Shown: positions 20,112 to 33,455 of the stretch, piece by piece
How the letters are laid out: the number at the start of each line of letters is the position of its first letter
Position numbering within the stretch: the first letter of the stretch is position 1
NCBI GenBank assembly: GCA_963718525.1
Contig: OY970355.1
Location: forward strand, 1,312,001 to 1,376,000
Length of the DNA: 64,000 bases
Origin: Candidatus Dormiibacterota bacterium
GTDB lineage: Bacteria > Chloroflexota > Dormibacteria > Aeolococcales > Aeolococcaceae
Direction of reading: 5' to 3'
Program-made: the position numbers and the translations under genes
The notes under the pieces: generated by a model
What the model was told of the DNA's origin: nothing
The model's database searches: none
Seen by the model: only the letters and a program-made list of their open reading frames with translations

Positions 20112-21188
20112 TCACACCGCGGGGAAGTACTGATGCGTCTCAGGAAGGATGAAGTTCCAGTTGGGGAGCAGCACGTCCTCGTTGGCTATGTGACCTGTGT
20201 ACGTGTACGGGGAGGCAAGGATCACCTGGTGCACGTTCTGTAACTGCACGCTGCTTGCGATCGGCAGCAGAGATGCGATCTCGCTGATGCTCATGTCCGT
20301 CGAGAAATCGTTGGCCATCGCGGTCGCGATGTCCGGAAGGTCGGCGATGCCGAGCAGCTTCGCCTTGGCGCGCAGGGCGAGCAGGACCTGCTGCTGGCGC
20401 TGCGAACGGCCGAAGTCGCTGCGCAGATCGCCATGACGCGAGCGCACGTACATGAGCGCCTGCATCCCGTCCATGTGCTGCGGCCCGGGAAGGACCGCCA
20501 CCCGCTCGTACGCATACGGATTCTTGCCGGTAAGGTCGGCGGGATAGAAGTCGTCCATGACCGGGTTGGTGGCCACCACGTCGATGCCCCCCACCTGGTT
20601 GATGAGGTTGACCAGGCCGAGCAAGCCGATCCACGCGTAGTGGTCGATGTGAATGTGGAAATCCTGCTCGACGGTCGCCACCGACGCGCTGGCGCCACCA
20701 TGCAGATAGGCGGCGTCGATCTTCGCGCTGCCCCCGCTCGAGAGCGGGACCCACAGGTCGCGAGGAATCGACTCCATGACGACCTGTCTCGTGAGCGGAT
20801 TGACCCGGGCCAGGATCATCGACTGGGTGAGGACCGTGCCGCCGAATTTGGCGTCGTTGTCCGAGCCGAGCAGCAGCACGGTGAAAGGGTGCCCGGGCGG
20901 CGCCACCGCCGGGGGCGGCGTCGCCGACGCTGACGCCGAGGCTGCGGCCGAGGCCGTTGGCGAAGACTTGGCCGTCGGGAGGTTCCGATCGATGGCGTGC
21001 CCGGTGTCCTGAAACGCTGTCACGATCGCGGGCATGAAGTAGGCAACCGCGCCGATGGCGCCGGACAGCACGAAGCCGAGCGCAATAAGAAACCCGAGAA
21101 GGACCCGGCTGCGCCGCTTACGGGGGCGGCGCAGCGAGGCGCGTTGACGTCTCACCTGAGGCTTTATAACGAACTCGGCTGACGTCAC
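20112..21188 (-). CDS. LCP family protein
   Basis: Arg-rich tail plus TM, then LLLGSD, SIPRD, KIDAAY, YVRSRH and SDFGRSQRQQ. Confidence 0.88.
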   Translation of the reverse strand: MTSAEFVIKPQVRRQRASLRRPRKRRSRVLLGFLIALGFVLSGAIGAVAYFMPAIVTAFQDTGHAIDRNLPTAKSSPTASAAASASASATPPPAVAPPGHPFTVLLLGSDNDAKFGGTVLTQSMILARVNPLTRQVVMESIPRDLWVPLSSGGSAKIDAAYLHGGASASVATVEQDFHIHIDHYAWIGLLGLVNLINQVGGIDVVATNPVMDDFYPADLTGKNPYAYERVAVLPGPQHMDGMQALMYVRSRHGDLRSDFGRSQRQQQVLLALRAKAKLLGIADLPDIATAMANDFSTDMSISEIASLLPIASSVQLQNVHQVILASPYTYTGHIANEDVLLPNWNFILPETHQYFPAV

Positions 21189-21235
21189 GGTTACGGTGAA
21201 GCGGAATCAGCTCGGGCCGCCGGTAGACTCCGGCG

Positions 21236-23841
<2,606 letters not shown>

Positions 23842-23845
<4 letters not shown>

Positions 23846-23869
23846 CCTTTCCTTAACCCCTCCATAAGA
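23842..23869 (+). promoter_or_regulatory. putative PHO box (11-nt-periodic direct repeats)
   Basis: TTGACC-N5-TTAACC-N5-ATAAGA immediately upstream of the PhoB/PhoP-like regulator and the polyP genes. Confidence 0.55.
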
Positions 23870-23896
23870 GAGAGGCGGCTAGGCTCACCCGGTATC

Positions 23897-24643
<747 letters not shown>

Positions 24644-24702
24644 CTGGCCTGGAGTCGGCCCTGCCTATACTTGCCGCTCCCGCCCGAGTACGGACCAGGG
24701 AG

Positions 24703-26277
24703 ATGGCCGCCGTGGAATCGCCGCTCGCCGTCATCGACATAGGGTCAAACTCGGCCCGAATCGCAGTGCTGAGGCTCGACGGCTCGGGCCAGCTCGACAT
24801 CATCGCCGACGCCCGAACCTCGCTCCAGCTTGCCCGCCACATCAACTCGCGCGGCCGGCTCGAGGCCGCCGCCATCACCGAGGCGATCGCGGCGGTGCGC
24901 GATTTTCGCGCTGTCGCAGCCGCCGCCGGGGCCGAGAGGACTGTCGCCGTCGCCACGGCGGCGATCCGCACCGCTGTCAACCGCGACAGCGTCCTCGCGC
25001 GGTTGGAGGCCGACACCGGCCTGGCCATCAAGGTCATCGATGGCGAGGAGGAGGCGAGATTCGCCTTTCTCGGAGCCGTCCACGGCCTGCCGATCGACAC
25101 CGGCTACCTCATCGACGTCGGCGGTGGAAGCTTCGAGCTCGCGTACTTCGAACGGCGGCGCGCTCTCCGCTGGTGGACCTTCGAGCTTGGCTCCCTGGTC
25201 ACGACCGACCAGTTTCTCGCGAGCGATCCGCCGCGCGCCTCGGAGATGTCAGCCCTGCGCGACCACGTGACCCAGACCCTGCTCGACGCCGGAGTGCCGA
25301 TCCTCCCCGAGGATGGCGGCATGGTCGGGACGGGTGGCACAGTGCGCAACCTCGCCAAGATCCACATGCGGTCGGTCGCCCATCCGATCGCCCGTGTCGA
25401 CGGCTACGTTCTGCAGCGCCGCGAGGTGCGGGATCTGACGTCGCGTCTCACGACCCGGAATCGTGCGGGCCTGCGCACGGTACCGGGTCTCTCCACCGAT
25501 CGCGCCGATTCGATTGCCGGCGGCGCACTCGTCGTGATCGCCGCCATGGAGGCGCTCGGGGCGCGGAGCCTGATGGTTTCCGGGCACGGGCTGCGTGAAG
25601 GGATCGCTCTCGCGGAGCTCAAATTGCCGCTTCCCGAGGTGTGGCAGGTGCGGCGCAGTTCGGTCGCGGCGCTCGCCTCCCGCTTCTCGACCTGGAATGC
25701 GCCCAGGGCCGCGCGCCGGGTCGAGATGGTCCGGGCCATCCTCGGCGTCGCCGATCCGACGATGCCCGCCGAGATGCGTGAGGTGCTCGACCACGCGACC
25801 ACGCTGCTCGACGTCGGTCAGAGCATCAATTACTACGATCGCTGGAGCCATGCAGCCGGAGTGACGGCTTCCGCGGACCTCCAGGGCTTCACGCATCGTG
25901 AGGTGGCCCTCATCGCCACGACGCTCGCCCGGCTTGGCAAGGCACGAAGCAACCTTCCGCGCTACGCGCGCCTCTGCACTCGCGATGACATCAAGCGGAT
26001 CGACAAGCTGGCGGTGATCCTCGAACTTGCCGACGAGCTCGACCGGCGCGTCAACGGCGGGGGGCCCCCGACCTTCCGGTTCGACGAGCGCCGCAACCGG
26101 GTGGTCGTGTCGACCGGGCTCCCGTACACCTGGGAGCCTGAGGACCTGACCAGACGCTTCCGGACCCGCCTGGGCCGAACGCTCAGCCTGCGCCCAGCAG
26201 AGACGGCGGGTGACCGAACGAAAGGCCCGGATTCTCCAAACGGTCGATCGACTGGTAGAGGTCCTCGACGAGCGTGA
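24703..26277 (+). CDS. ppx: Ppx/GppA exopolyphosphatase
   Basis: IDIGSNS, ATAAIR, GEEEA, DVGGGSFE, GTGGT and GLREG, plus a degenerate C-terminal HD-like domain. Confidence 0.9.
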   Translation: MAAVESPLAVIDIGSNSARIAVLRLDGSGQLDIIADARTSLQLARHINSRGRLEAAAITEAIAAVRDFRAVAAAAGAERTVAVATAAIRTAVNRDSVLARLEADTGLAIKVIDGEEEARFAFLGAVHGLPIDTGYLIDVGGGSFELAYFERRRALRWWTFELGSLVTTDQFLASDPPRASEMSALRDHVTQTLLDAGVPILPEDGGMVGTGGTVRNLAKIHMRSVAHPIARVDGYVLQRREVRDLTSRLTTRNRAGLRTVPGLSTDRADSIAGGALVVIAAMEALGARSLMVSGHGLREGIALAELKLPLPEVWQVRRSSVAALASRFSTWNAPRAARRVEMVRAILGVADPTMPAEMREVLDHATTLLDVGQSINYYDRWSHAAGVTASADLQGFTHREVALIATTLARLGKARSNLPRYARLCTRDDIKRIDKLAVILELADELDRRVNGGGPPTFRFDERRNRVVVSTGLPYTWEPEDLTRRFRTRLGRTLSLRPAETAGDRTKGPDSPNGRSTGRGPRRA

Positions 26278-26416
26278 TCAGGATGGGAGGCGCCTCGCAG
26301 GCGAACATGAGGGCCTCGATCGTCGCGACCTGGCGGCGCAGCCCGTCGACCGCGTCGATCCGGTCCCACGGGTCCGATGCGAGTCGTTGCACGCGTTCGA
26401 GTATGCGTTGAGCCAT
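26183..26416 (-). CDS. small hypothetical helical protein (77 aa)
   Basis: Natural-looking amphipathic sequence (MAQRILERVQRLASDPWDRIDAVDGLRRQVATIEALMF...) filling the ppx-phoU gap. Overlaps only the low-complexity ppx tail. Confidence 0.35.
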   Translation of the reverse strand: MAQRILERVQRLASDPWDRIDAVDGLRRQVATIEALMFACEAPPILITLVEDLYQSIDRLENPGLSFGHPPSLLGAG

Positions 26417-26498
26417 TGCCGCAAGGCGATTGTGAAATGGATATGGTGCAGGGCAGATCTGATGGTGGCAGGCTCGACACCCATTACAGTGGGTGGAG

Positions 26499-27173
26499 AT
26501 GAGCGAACCGCTGCTGCACCCCCACCACCCGACGCTCGGCGCTGAGCTAACTCATCTGCGACGCATCGTCGCGGACATGGGGGAGCTCGTCGACGCCGCG
26601 ATCACCCAGGCGACGAGCGGCCTCGCCGAGCGCGACGTGAGCCTGTGCGCACGCGTCATCGCCGACGACGCGCTGGTCAACGACCGTCAGCGCGAGCTGC
26701 GCGAACTGTCGTTCTCGCTGATCGTCAACCAGAGCCCTGAGGCGCGCGAGCTTCGCGAAATCATCGGGCTGCTGAACATGTCCTCGGAGCTCGAGCGCAT
26801 GGGTGACCACTGCGTCAGCATCGCGAAGCTCGCGCGCAACCTCGCCGACCTGCCGCCCTTGGAGACGTACGTCGACGTCCCGAAGATGGCCGCCTACTGC
26901 AGCGATCAGGTTCGGGGGATCCTGGCCGCGATGGTGTCCCGTGACGTGCTCCAGGCGCGCCGTATCGCGGCCGGCGACGACCGGGTCGACCGCATCTATC
27001 ACCGCCTGTTCGACGACCTGATCCAGATGATGACCGAGGACAACACCACCGTTTTCAGAGCAACGAACCTCGTGTTCATCGCTCATCACCTCGAGCGCAT
27101 CGCCGATCGCGTGACCAATATCGCTGAGGATCTCGTGTTCCTCAACTCCGGGGCCATCGAGGAGCTCGGGTGA
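26499..27173 (+). CDS. phoU: phosphate signalling protein PhoU
   Basis: Two PhoU repeats: DD..VN...ELERMGDH and DDRVD...LERIADRVTNIAE. Confidence 0.92.
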   Translation: MSEPLLHPHHPTLGAELTHLRRIVADMGELVDAAITQATSGLAERDVSLCARVIADDALVNDRQRELRELSFSLIVNQSPEARELREIIGLLNMSSELERMGDHCVSIAKLARNLADLPPLETYVDVPKMAAYCSDQVRGILAAMVSRDVLQARRIAAGDDRVDRIYHRLFDDLIQMMTEDNTTVFRATNLVFIAHHLERIADRVTNIAEDLVFLNSGAIEELG

Positions 27174-29287
27174 TGACCGTGTCCGAGCCTGCGGAGGCGC
27201 CCAAGGACGCGCCGCCGCCCGCGCCGGATGCCGCACGGCCGCACGCGGTTGAGCTGGGCAGCCGGCACCGGTACATCAACCGGCACCTGAGCTGGCTCGA
27301 TTTCGACACCCGGGTGCTCGAGCTCGCGGAGGATGCAACCCGCCGCCTGCTCGAGCGTGCGAAGTTTCTGGCCATCTCGAGCAGCAACCTCGACGAGTTC
27401 TTTCAAGTCCGCGTCGGCGGGTTGATCGAGCAGCGTCGCGCGGGTGTCGCTGCGCTGAGCCCCGACGGAATGACCGTCGATGAGCAGCTCTTCGAGATCC
27501 AGCGTCGCTGCGTCGACCTCACCGCCCGGCAGGTGCGCGCGTTCCGGGCCATCGTGGAAGGTCTCGATCAGGACGGGCTGCATTTCTCGAACTACAACGC
27601 GCTCGATCCGGGCGAGCGTGAGTACGTCGATTCCGTGTTCGAGGAGCGGATCTTTCCGGTGCTCACACCGCTCGCGGTGGACCCGGCGCATCCGTTCCCG
27701 TACATCAGCGACCTCTCCCTCAACCTCGCCGTGGTCGTGGGCGCTCCGCGTGGCAGCGAGCAGCGGATCGCCCGCGTCAAGGTCCCCCCGCTGCTGCCCA
27801 GATTCGTGGTCATGCCCGACGGTGAGCGCTTCGTGCCCGTCGAACAGGTCATCGCCGCACACCTGGATCGGCTCTTCCCCGGCATGCGCGTCATCGGCCA
27901 GTACCCGTTCCGGGTGACACGCAACGCCGACCCGGCGCTCGAGGAGGAGGAGGCAGAGGACCTGCGTACCGCCGTGCAGGAATACCTGCGCCGCCGCCGC
28001 CGCTCGCCGCAGGTTGTCCGGCTCGAGATCGACATCACGATGACGGCTGAGGTCAAGGGTCTGCTCATGCGGGAGCTCGAGCTCTCAGCCGAAGACGTCT
28101 ACACCGTGGACGGTCCGCTCGACCTCAGCGGCCTCTGGGGGCTCTACGACCTGAACCGGCCCGATCTCAAGGAGCGGCTCCCCGCCCCGGTGATCCCTCC
28201 CTCCCTCGCCAAGCCTCCCACCGATGACGGCGAGGTGGACATCTTCCGGGTGATCGACGAGGCGGACGTGCTCGTCCAACACCCCTATAAGTCATTCGCG
28301 AGCAGTGTCGAAGCATTCATCGACCAGGCCGTGAGCGACCCCGACGTGCTCGCCATCAAGCAGACGCTGTATCGGACCTCCGGCCCTGACAGCCCGATCG
28401 TCCGCTCGCTCATCCGCGCCGCCGAGTCGGGCAAGCAGGTGGTCGCGCTCGTCGAGTTGACCGCTCGATTCGACGAGGAAGCGAACATCACGTGGGCCGC
28501 CGAGCTCGAGAAGGCCGGTGTGCACGTGGTCTACGGCGTCGTCGGGCTCAAAACCCATGCCAAGGCAACACTGGTGGTCCGGCGCACCGGGACCGGGATC
28601 CGCCGCTACTGGCACATGGGCACCGGGAACTACAACTCTCAAACAGCGCGGCTCTACGAGGACATCGGTCTGCTCTCCTCGGACGCCGATATCGGAGAGG
28701 ACCTGACCGACCTGTTCAACTACCTCACGGGCTACAGCAGGCAGCGGCAGTACCGACGCCTGCTGGTGGCCCCGGTCACGCTGCGCAGCGGGATCGTCGA
28801 ACTGATCCGAACCCAGACACACAGCACCGGCCGAATCATCATCAAGTGCAACCACCTCATCGATCCGGAGGTCATCGAAGCGCTCTATGCGGCGTCGACG
28901 GCAGGCGCGCGCATCGACCTCATCGTACGGAGCTCGTGTGGCGTGCGTCCCGGGATCAAGGGGATGTCGGAGAACATCTGGGTGCGCTCGCTGGTCGGTC
29001 GCTACCTGGAACACTCGCGCATCTACCACTTCGGTGACGACCGCTGGTTCATCGGATCCGCCGACCTGATGGGTCGTAACCTGGATGGTCGGATCGAGAC
29101 TGTGGTGCCGGTGATCGATCCCGGCCTCCAGGCGCGGCTCTCCGAGATCGTCGATGTGCTCCTCGCCGACGACGTGCTTGCCTCGGAGCTTCAGGCCGAT
29201 GGAAGCTGGCGAAAGGTCCCGACCGTGCGCGGGCTCGACGCCCAGGAAGAGCTGCACCGGCTCGCGGTCGAGCGCGCCTCGCGGTGA
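27173..29287 (+). CDS. ppk1: polyphosphate kinase 1
   Basis: NRHLSWLDF, SNLDEFFQVRV, PAHPFP, IKQTLYR, ARFDE, KTHAK (phospho-His), GRYLEHSR and SADLMGRNL. Confidence 0.95.
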   Translation: MTVSEPAEAPKDAPPPAPDAARPHAVELGSRHRYINRHLSWLDFDTRVLELAEDATRRLLERAKFLAISSSNLDEFFQVRVGGLIEQRRAGVAALSPDGMTVDEQLFEIQRRCVDLTARQVRAFRAIVEGLDQDGLHFSNYNALDPGEREYVDSVFEERIFPVLTPLAVDPAHPFPYISDLSLNLAVVVGAPRGSEQRIARVKVPPLLPRFVVMPDGERFVPVEQVIAAHLDRLFPGMRVIGQYPFRVTRNADPALEEEEAEDLRTAVQEYLRRRRRSPQVVRLEIDITMTAEVKGLLMRELELSAEDVYTVDGPLDLSGLWGLYDLNRPDLKERLPAPVIPPSLAKPPTDDGEVDIFRVIDEADVLVQHPYKSFASSVEAFIDQAVSDPDVLAIKQTLYRTSGPDSPIVRSLIRAAESGKQVVALVELTARFDEEANITWAAELEKAGVHVVYGVVGLKTHAKATLVVRRTGTGIRRYWHMGTGNYNSQTARLYEDIGLLSSDADIGEDLTDLFNYLTGYSRQRQYRRLLVAPVTLRSGIVELIRTQTHSTGRIIIKCNHLIDPEVIEALYAASTAGARIDLIVRSSCGVRPGIKGMSENIWVRSLVGRYLEHSRIYHFGDDRWFIGSADLMGRNLDGRIETVVPVIDPGLQARLSEIVDVLLADDVLASELQADGSWRKVPTVRGLDAQEELHRLAVERASR

Positions 29288-30792
29288 CCAGCCCGGCCGG
29301 GAACGAGCCCGGGCGCGGGCTTCGTCTCGAGGTGCCGATCACGTTCTCACCGGTGCCGCTCGACGCCATCGACGCGTCCCTGACGGCGATCTCCGAACCC
29401 GTCCGCAAGCTCCGCACCACGCATTGGGACACTGCGGATCTCCGCCTTGCGCGCTGGGGCGTCGCCCTCGAGCATTCGGGCGAGACTGGTTGGACCCTGC
29501 GTCTGCCGCCGACCAGCGAGGGGATGGCCGCTCCAGACGGGGCCGAGCTGCACTTCGAGGGCAGTTCGGAGCGCGTGCCGGAGCAGGCGTTGCAGCTCGT
29601 CCGCGTCTACGGGCGCCGTGCGCCCCTCGAGCTTGTGGCACGCCTCGTCACCGCGACCGCGGAGGCGACGCTGCTTGACGCAGATGGCGCGGTGGCCGCG
29701 CGCCTGGTCGACAGCACCGTCTCGGTGTATTCAGGCCCGCGCATCACGCAGCGCTTCCGCGAGATCGACCTCGCCAGTGACAGCGGACAGCTCCTCGACG
29801 AGCTCGCGAGCCGGTACCAGGCGGCGGGCGCGCAACCCGCGCGACCTCGGGCGCTCGTCGCTCGAGCCCTCGGGCTGGTGGGCACACCGCCCGCGGAAAT
29901 CGGATCGGTCACCCTTGGCGGCGCGGCGACCGCCGGCGAGGTCGTGAGACGAGCCCTGAGCACGTCGGTCGTCCGGCTCATGCGCCACGACCCCGGCGTG
30001 CGGTTGGGCATCGACGCCGAGGATGTGCACCAGGCGCGCGTCGCCACCCGCCGCCTCCGCAGCGATCTGCGGACGTTCCGGCCACTCCTGGAGCAGACGT
30101 GGGTCGAATCGCTGCGAGACGACCTGCGCTGGATCGGCGGTGAGCTCGGGCGAGTCCGCGATGCGGAAGTCCTCCGCGATCGCCTCCGCACGGCGGCCGC
30201 GGCCCTTCCGGCGGCGGACCGGCACTCGGCCCTGGCGGTCGTCGCGCCGCTGGTCGCTCAGGTGCGCTCCGCGCGCCGCCATCTCGTCATCGCGATGGAC
30301 ACCGAGCGCTACGTCGAGGTGGTCGACCATCTGGTCGCGGCGGCGCGCGCGCCGGTCCTGACCGAGATAGCGGCGTCGCCGGCGCGCGACGTCCTCCCCG
30401 GGCTCGTTCGCAAACCCTGGCGATCGCTCAAGTCCGGTGCGCTCGCGGCTCGAGCGGGCAATGTGCCCGACGAGCAGCTCCACGACCTGCGGATACGGGC
30501 CAAGCGCTGCCGGTACGCAGCCGAAGCGGCCGCGGCAGCCACGGGCAAGAGCGCCGCGAAGTTCGCTCGAGAGGTCGCGGCGCTCCAGGAGATCCTCGGG
30601 GAGCTGCACGACGCCGTCGTTGCCGAGGCGTGGCTGCGTGACCGGTCGGAGGCACCCAGGGTGCACGAGACGGCGCTGTTTGCGGCAGGCGAGCTGGTCG
30701 CCCTCCAGCGCGATGCCGCGGAGCGCGCGCGCATCGGCTGGCCGGCAGTCTGGAAACGTGTCGAGCAAGGCTGGTCGAATGCCTGGCGATGA
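29284..30792 (+). CDS. CYTH + CHAD domain protein (polyphosphate-binding)
   Basis: N-terminal CYTH-like (WDTADLRL, FREID). CHAD motifs VHQARVATRRLRS, LHDLRIRAKRCRY and LQEILGELHD. Confidence 0.88.
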   Translation: MTSPAGNEPGRGLRLEVPITFSPVPLDAIDASLTAISEPVRKLRTTHWDTADLRLARWGVALEHSGETGWTLRLPPTSEGMAAPDGAELHFEGSSERVPEQALQLVRVYGRRAPLELVARLVTATAEATLLDADGAVAARLVDSTVSVYSGPRITQRFREIDLASDSGQLLDELASRYQAAGAQPARPRALVARALGLVGTPPAEIGSVTLGGAATAGEVVRRALSTSVVRLMRHDPGVRLGIDAEDVHQARVATRRLRSDLRTFRPLLEQTWVESLRDDLRWIGGELGRVRDAEVLRDRLRTAAAALPAADRHSALAVVAPLVAQVRSARRHLVIAMDTERYVEVVDHLVAAARAPVLTEIAASPARDVLPGLVRKPWRSLKSGALAARAGNVPDEQLHDLRIRAKRCRYAAEAAAAATGKSAAKFAREVAALQEILGELHDAVVAEAWLRDRSEAPRVHETALFAAGELVALQRDAAERARIGWPAVWKRVEQGWSNAWR

Positions 30793-31246
30793 GGCGACGA
30801 GCTACCTCGTCCGGCATGCGAAAGCGGGGTCACGAGAGCGCTGGACGGCTCCGGATCGCGACCGGCCCCTGTCCGACGCCGGCACGATGCAGGCTGCCGC
30901 TCTGGCGAAGCTGCTCGCGCCCAGAACACGCAGCGTCATGTCGAGCCCCTATCTGCGCTGCGTCCAGACCGTCGCTCCCCTGGCGGCGGCCGCTGGCCTT
31001 CGCCTCGAGGAGGAGGAACGTCTTGCGGAGGGTGCCGACCCGGATTGGGCCATCGCCGAGCTCGCGGGGACGCCGGGTGCCGTGCTGTGCACCCATGGGG
31101 ACGTCATGGCGTCGATCGTGATCAGCCTGTCTGATGCCAAGGTGCCGATGGCCGGCGGGACGCAGTGGGCCAAGGCGGGGACCTGGGAGTTCACGATCGC
31201 CGGTGGGCGGATTCGCGGGGGCCGCTACCTGCCGCCGCCGGGCTGA
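30779..31246 (+). CDS. SixA-like histidine phosphatase
   Basis: LVRHAKA, DRPLS, SSPYLRCVQT and CTHGD. Confidence 0.85.
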   Translation: MPGDEATSYLVRHAKAGSRERWTAPDRDRPLSDAGTMQAAALAKLLAPRTRSVMSSPYLRCVQTVAPLAAAAGLRLEEEERLAEGADPDWAIAELAGTPGAVLCTHGDVMASIVISLSDAKVPMAGGTQWAKAGTWEFTIAGGRIRGGRYLPPPG

Positions 31247-32148
31247 GGTTCCAGGGCGACGCCTTCGCGATCGCCGGCGACGCGGATGAGCACGCATGCG
31301 CAGGTCCGGAAGGGTCGCCAAGCTTCCGCGAGTGAGGAGATCTCAGCTGGAGCCGCCGGACCCGCCATCCCGTAGAAGTGCCGGACGTATGAGGGGATAC
31401 GCGGCTCGCCCAGGGTGAGGATATCGGTCGCCCCGGTCGACCGCAGCAGGATCAGGGTGGCGTAGGTCGGGCCGATGCCGGGCAGCTCCTGCAGCTCGGC
31501 CATCGCCTGCTCGGGTGCCAGGGCCAGGAGTTGTCCGCGGTCGAGCTGCCCGTCCAGGGCGGCTCGTGCGATCGCATGGAGCCGCTGGATGCGCTGCGGC
31601 TCGATGCTGGGGAAACCATCGACCGCGAGCAGCGCCCGGGGGGTGGGGAAGGCTTCGAGCTCGCCGCCTGGCAGGCTGAAGACGTGGCCATGGGCGGCCG
31701 ACAGACGCCGCCGAACTGCGGTGGCCTGGGTTCGATGCCTGCGCTGGCTGAGGATCGACCAGGCCGCAGCCTCATACGGCGAATGGAACAGCACCGGCCG
31801 GAGCCCCGGGAACTCCGCCTGGAGACGTCCGATCACAGGATCACGACCTCCAACCGCGGCCCAGGCAGTACCGGACTGATCCAATGACAGCACTCTCCGC
31901 AGCTGGGACAGGACGATGTCGGGCTCGGCTTCACCAAAGATCCGGCAGTGCAATACCCCCTCGGCGTCCTGTGTCACGAAGGCCGCGGCGTGATGCTCGA
32001 GGTCGTCGGCGACGAAGGCCAGTGACATCGAATTCCCGTCCGGTTTTGGTCGCCCCGTGTTGGGACCGAACCCGAAGCTCGCCGCCGCTGCCAGGGAGAA
32101 GCTCCCATCGGGGGTGACGGTCAGCTCCGCCGCGGCGGTGTCGGTCAC
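31225..32148 (-). CDS. alkA: DNA-3-methyladenine glycosylase, AlkA/HhH-GPD family
   Basis: SPYEAAAWSILSQ, AFPTP, HhH motif LPGIGP and WRPFR. Confidence 0.8.
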   Translation of the reverse strand: MTDTAAAELTVTPDGSFSLAAAASFGFGPNTGRPKPDGNSMSLAFVADDLEHHAAAFVTQDAEGVLHCRIFGEAEPDIVLSQLRRVLSLDQSGTAWAAVGGRDPVIGRLQAEFPGLRPVLFHSPYEAAAWSILSQRRHRTQATAVRRRLSAAHGHVFSLPGGELEAFPTPRALLAVDGFPSIEPQRIQRLHAIARAALDGQLDRGQLLALAPEQAMAELQELPGIGPTYATLILLRSTGATDILTLGEPRIPSYVRHFYGMAGPAAPAEISSLAEAWRPFRTCACVLIRVAGDREGVALEPQPGGGR

Positions 32149-32159
32149 GGCTGGGTCGT

Positions 32160-32384
32160 CTATCCGCGGAGGCGCATGATCAGGTTGATGACCACGGTCA
32201 GGACCACGCTGACCACAACGCAGAAGGCCACCGGGAAGAAGAACGAGAAGCCTCCGGTGCTCACCGAGATGCTCCCCGGGAGCTGGGTCACCCCCAGGCG
32301 GGTCAGGAGCACGAACACCCCACCCAGCACCAGGAGGAGCGCGCCGGCGATCAGGAGCAGCTTCCCAACGTCACCGAGTGCCAT
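32160..32384 (-). CDS. DUF2905 family small membrane protein
   Basis: GKLLL..G..L, LPG.I, FFFPV..C..VSVVLT, with two TM helices. Confidence 0.75.
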   Translation of the reverse strand: MALGDVGKLLLIAGALLLVLGGVFVLLTRLGVTQLPGSISVSTGGFSFFFPVAFCVVVSVVLTVVINLIMRLRG

Positions 32385-32416
32385 ATCGACACTCTAAGGT
32401 AGAGTCCGCGAAACGC

Positions 32417-32510
32417 ATCCACTTCAAGCAGGTCCGGAGAGGCCGGCAAGGGATCGCGGCGCCCCCGCGCGGCCGCCCTTTGCCCGGACCGACACGGGCT
32501 GGAGGGCGAA
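32417..32510 (+). promoter_or_regulatory. PyrR-binding RNA leader / attenuator of the pyr operon
   Basis: AGGTCCGGAGAGGCCGGCAAGG (32430-32451) matches the PyrR binding-loop consensus ARUCCNGNGAGGY. A downstream hairpin covers the pyrB RBS. Confidence 0.8.
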
Positions 32511-32515
32511 GCGCC

Positions 32516-33445
32516 ATGACCGTAACGACTGCGCGAAACCGGATGCTCGGCCACGTGATCAGCGCCGAGCAGTTCGGTCGCGAGTTGCTCGACGTCCTCT
32601 TTCTGCGCGCCACGGTCCTCGCAGATGTGCGCGACGACAGGCTGGCGCATCGGATCATGGCGACGATCTTCTACGAGCCGAGCACCCGGACCCGACTGAG
32701 CTTCGAATCGGCGATGCTGCGTCTCGGCGGGTCGGTGATCGGGACCGAGGCCGCTCGCACGTTCTCCAGCGCCATCAAGGGCGAAACCCTGGAGGACACG
32801 GTGCGCATGGTCTCGACCTACGCGGATCTGATCGTCCTGCGCCATGACGAAGCCGGTTCGGCCGCCCGGGCGGCAGGTGTCGCGTCGGTGCCGGTCGTCA
32901 ATGCGGGGGACGGTCCGGGGGAACACCCCACACAGGCGCTTCTCGACCTGTACACGATCGAGCGCGAGCTCGGCCACGTCGACGGGGTGCGCGTGGCATT
33001 CTGCGGTGACCTCCGCTTCGGCCGGACAGCGCGATCGCTTGCGCTCTTGCTCGCGCTCTATCCCCGCGTGCGTCTCTCCTTCGTTGCCCCCGCGGTGATC
33101 CAGGTGGGCAGCGATATCCTCGCCCGCCTCGAGGCTCGCGGCGTCGAGTGCCGGCTCGCCGATCAACTGACCGATGTCATCGACGACATCGACGTCGTCT
33201 ACCAGACGCGCGTGCAGAAGGAGCGCTTCACGGATCCGCTCGAATATGAGCAGGCAAGAATGGCCATCCGCATCGACGGCGCGATCATGCAGCAGCTCCC
33301 AGCCGCGGCGATCGTGATGCATCCGCTGCCGCGCGTCGACGAGATCGCGCCGGAGGTCGATGCGGATCCACGCGCCGCCTACTTCCGGCAGGCGGCGAAC
33401 GGCGTCGCGATCAGGATGGCGCTGCTCGAGATGCTGCTCCTATGA
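32516..33445 (+). CDS. pyrB: aspartate carbamoyltransferase catalytic subunit
   Basis: FYEPSTRT, KGETLED, HPTQALLD, TRVQKER and MHPLPR. Confidence 0.96.
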   Translation: MTVTTARNRMLGHVISAEQFGRELLDVLFLRATVLADVRDDRLAHRIMATIFYEPSTRTRLSFESAMLRLGGSVIGTEAARTFSSAIKGETLEDTVRMVSTYADLIVLRHDEAGSAARAAGVASVPVVNAGDGPGEHPTQALLDLYTIERELGHVDGVRVAFCGDLRFGRTARSLALLLALYPRVRLSFVAPAVIQVGSDILARLEARGVECRLADQLTDVIDDIDVVYQTRVQKERFTDPLEYEQARMAIRIDGAIMQQLPAAAIVMHPLPRVDEIAPEVDADPRAAYFRQAANGVAIRMALLEMLLL

Positions 33446-33455
33446 CGGTGCTCCG

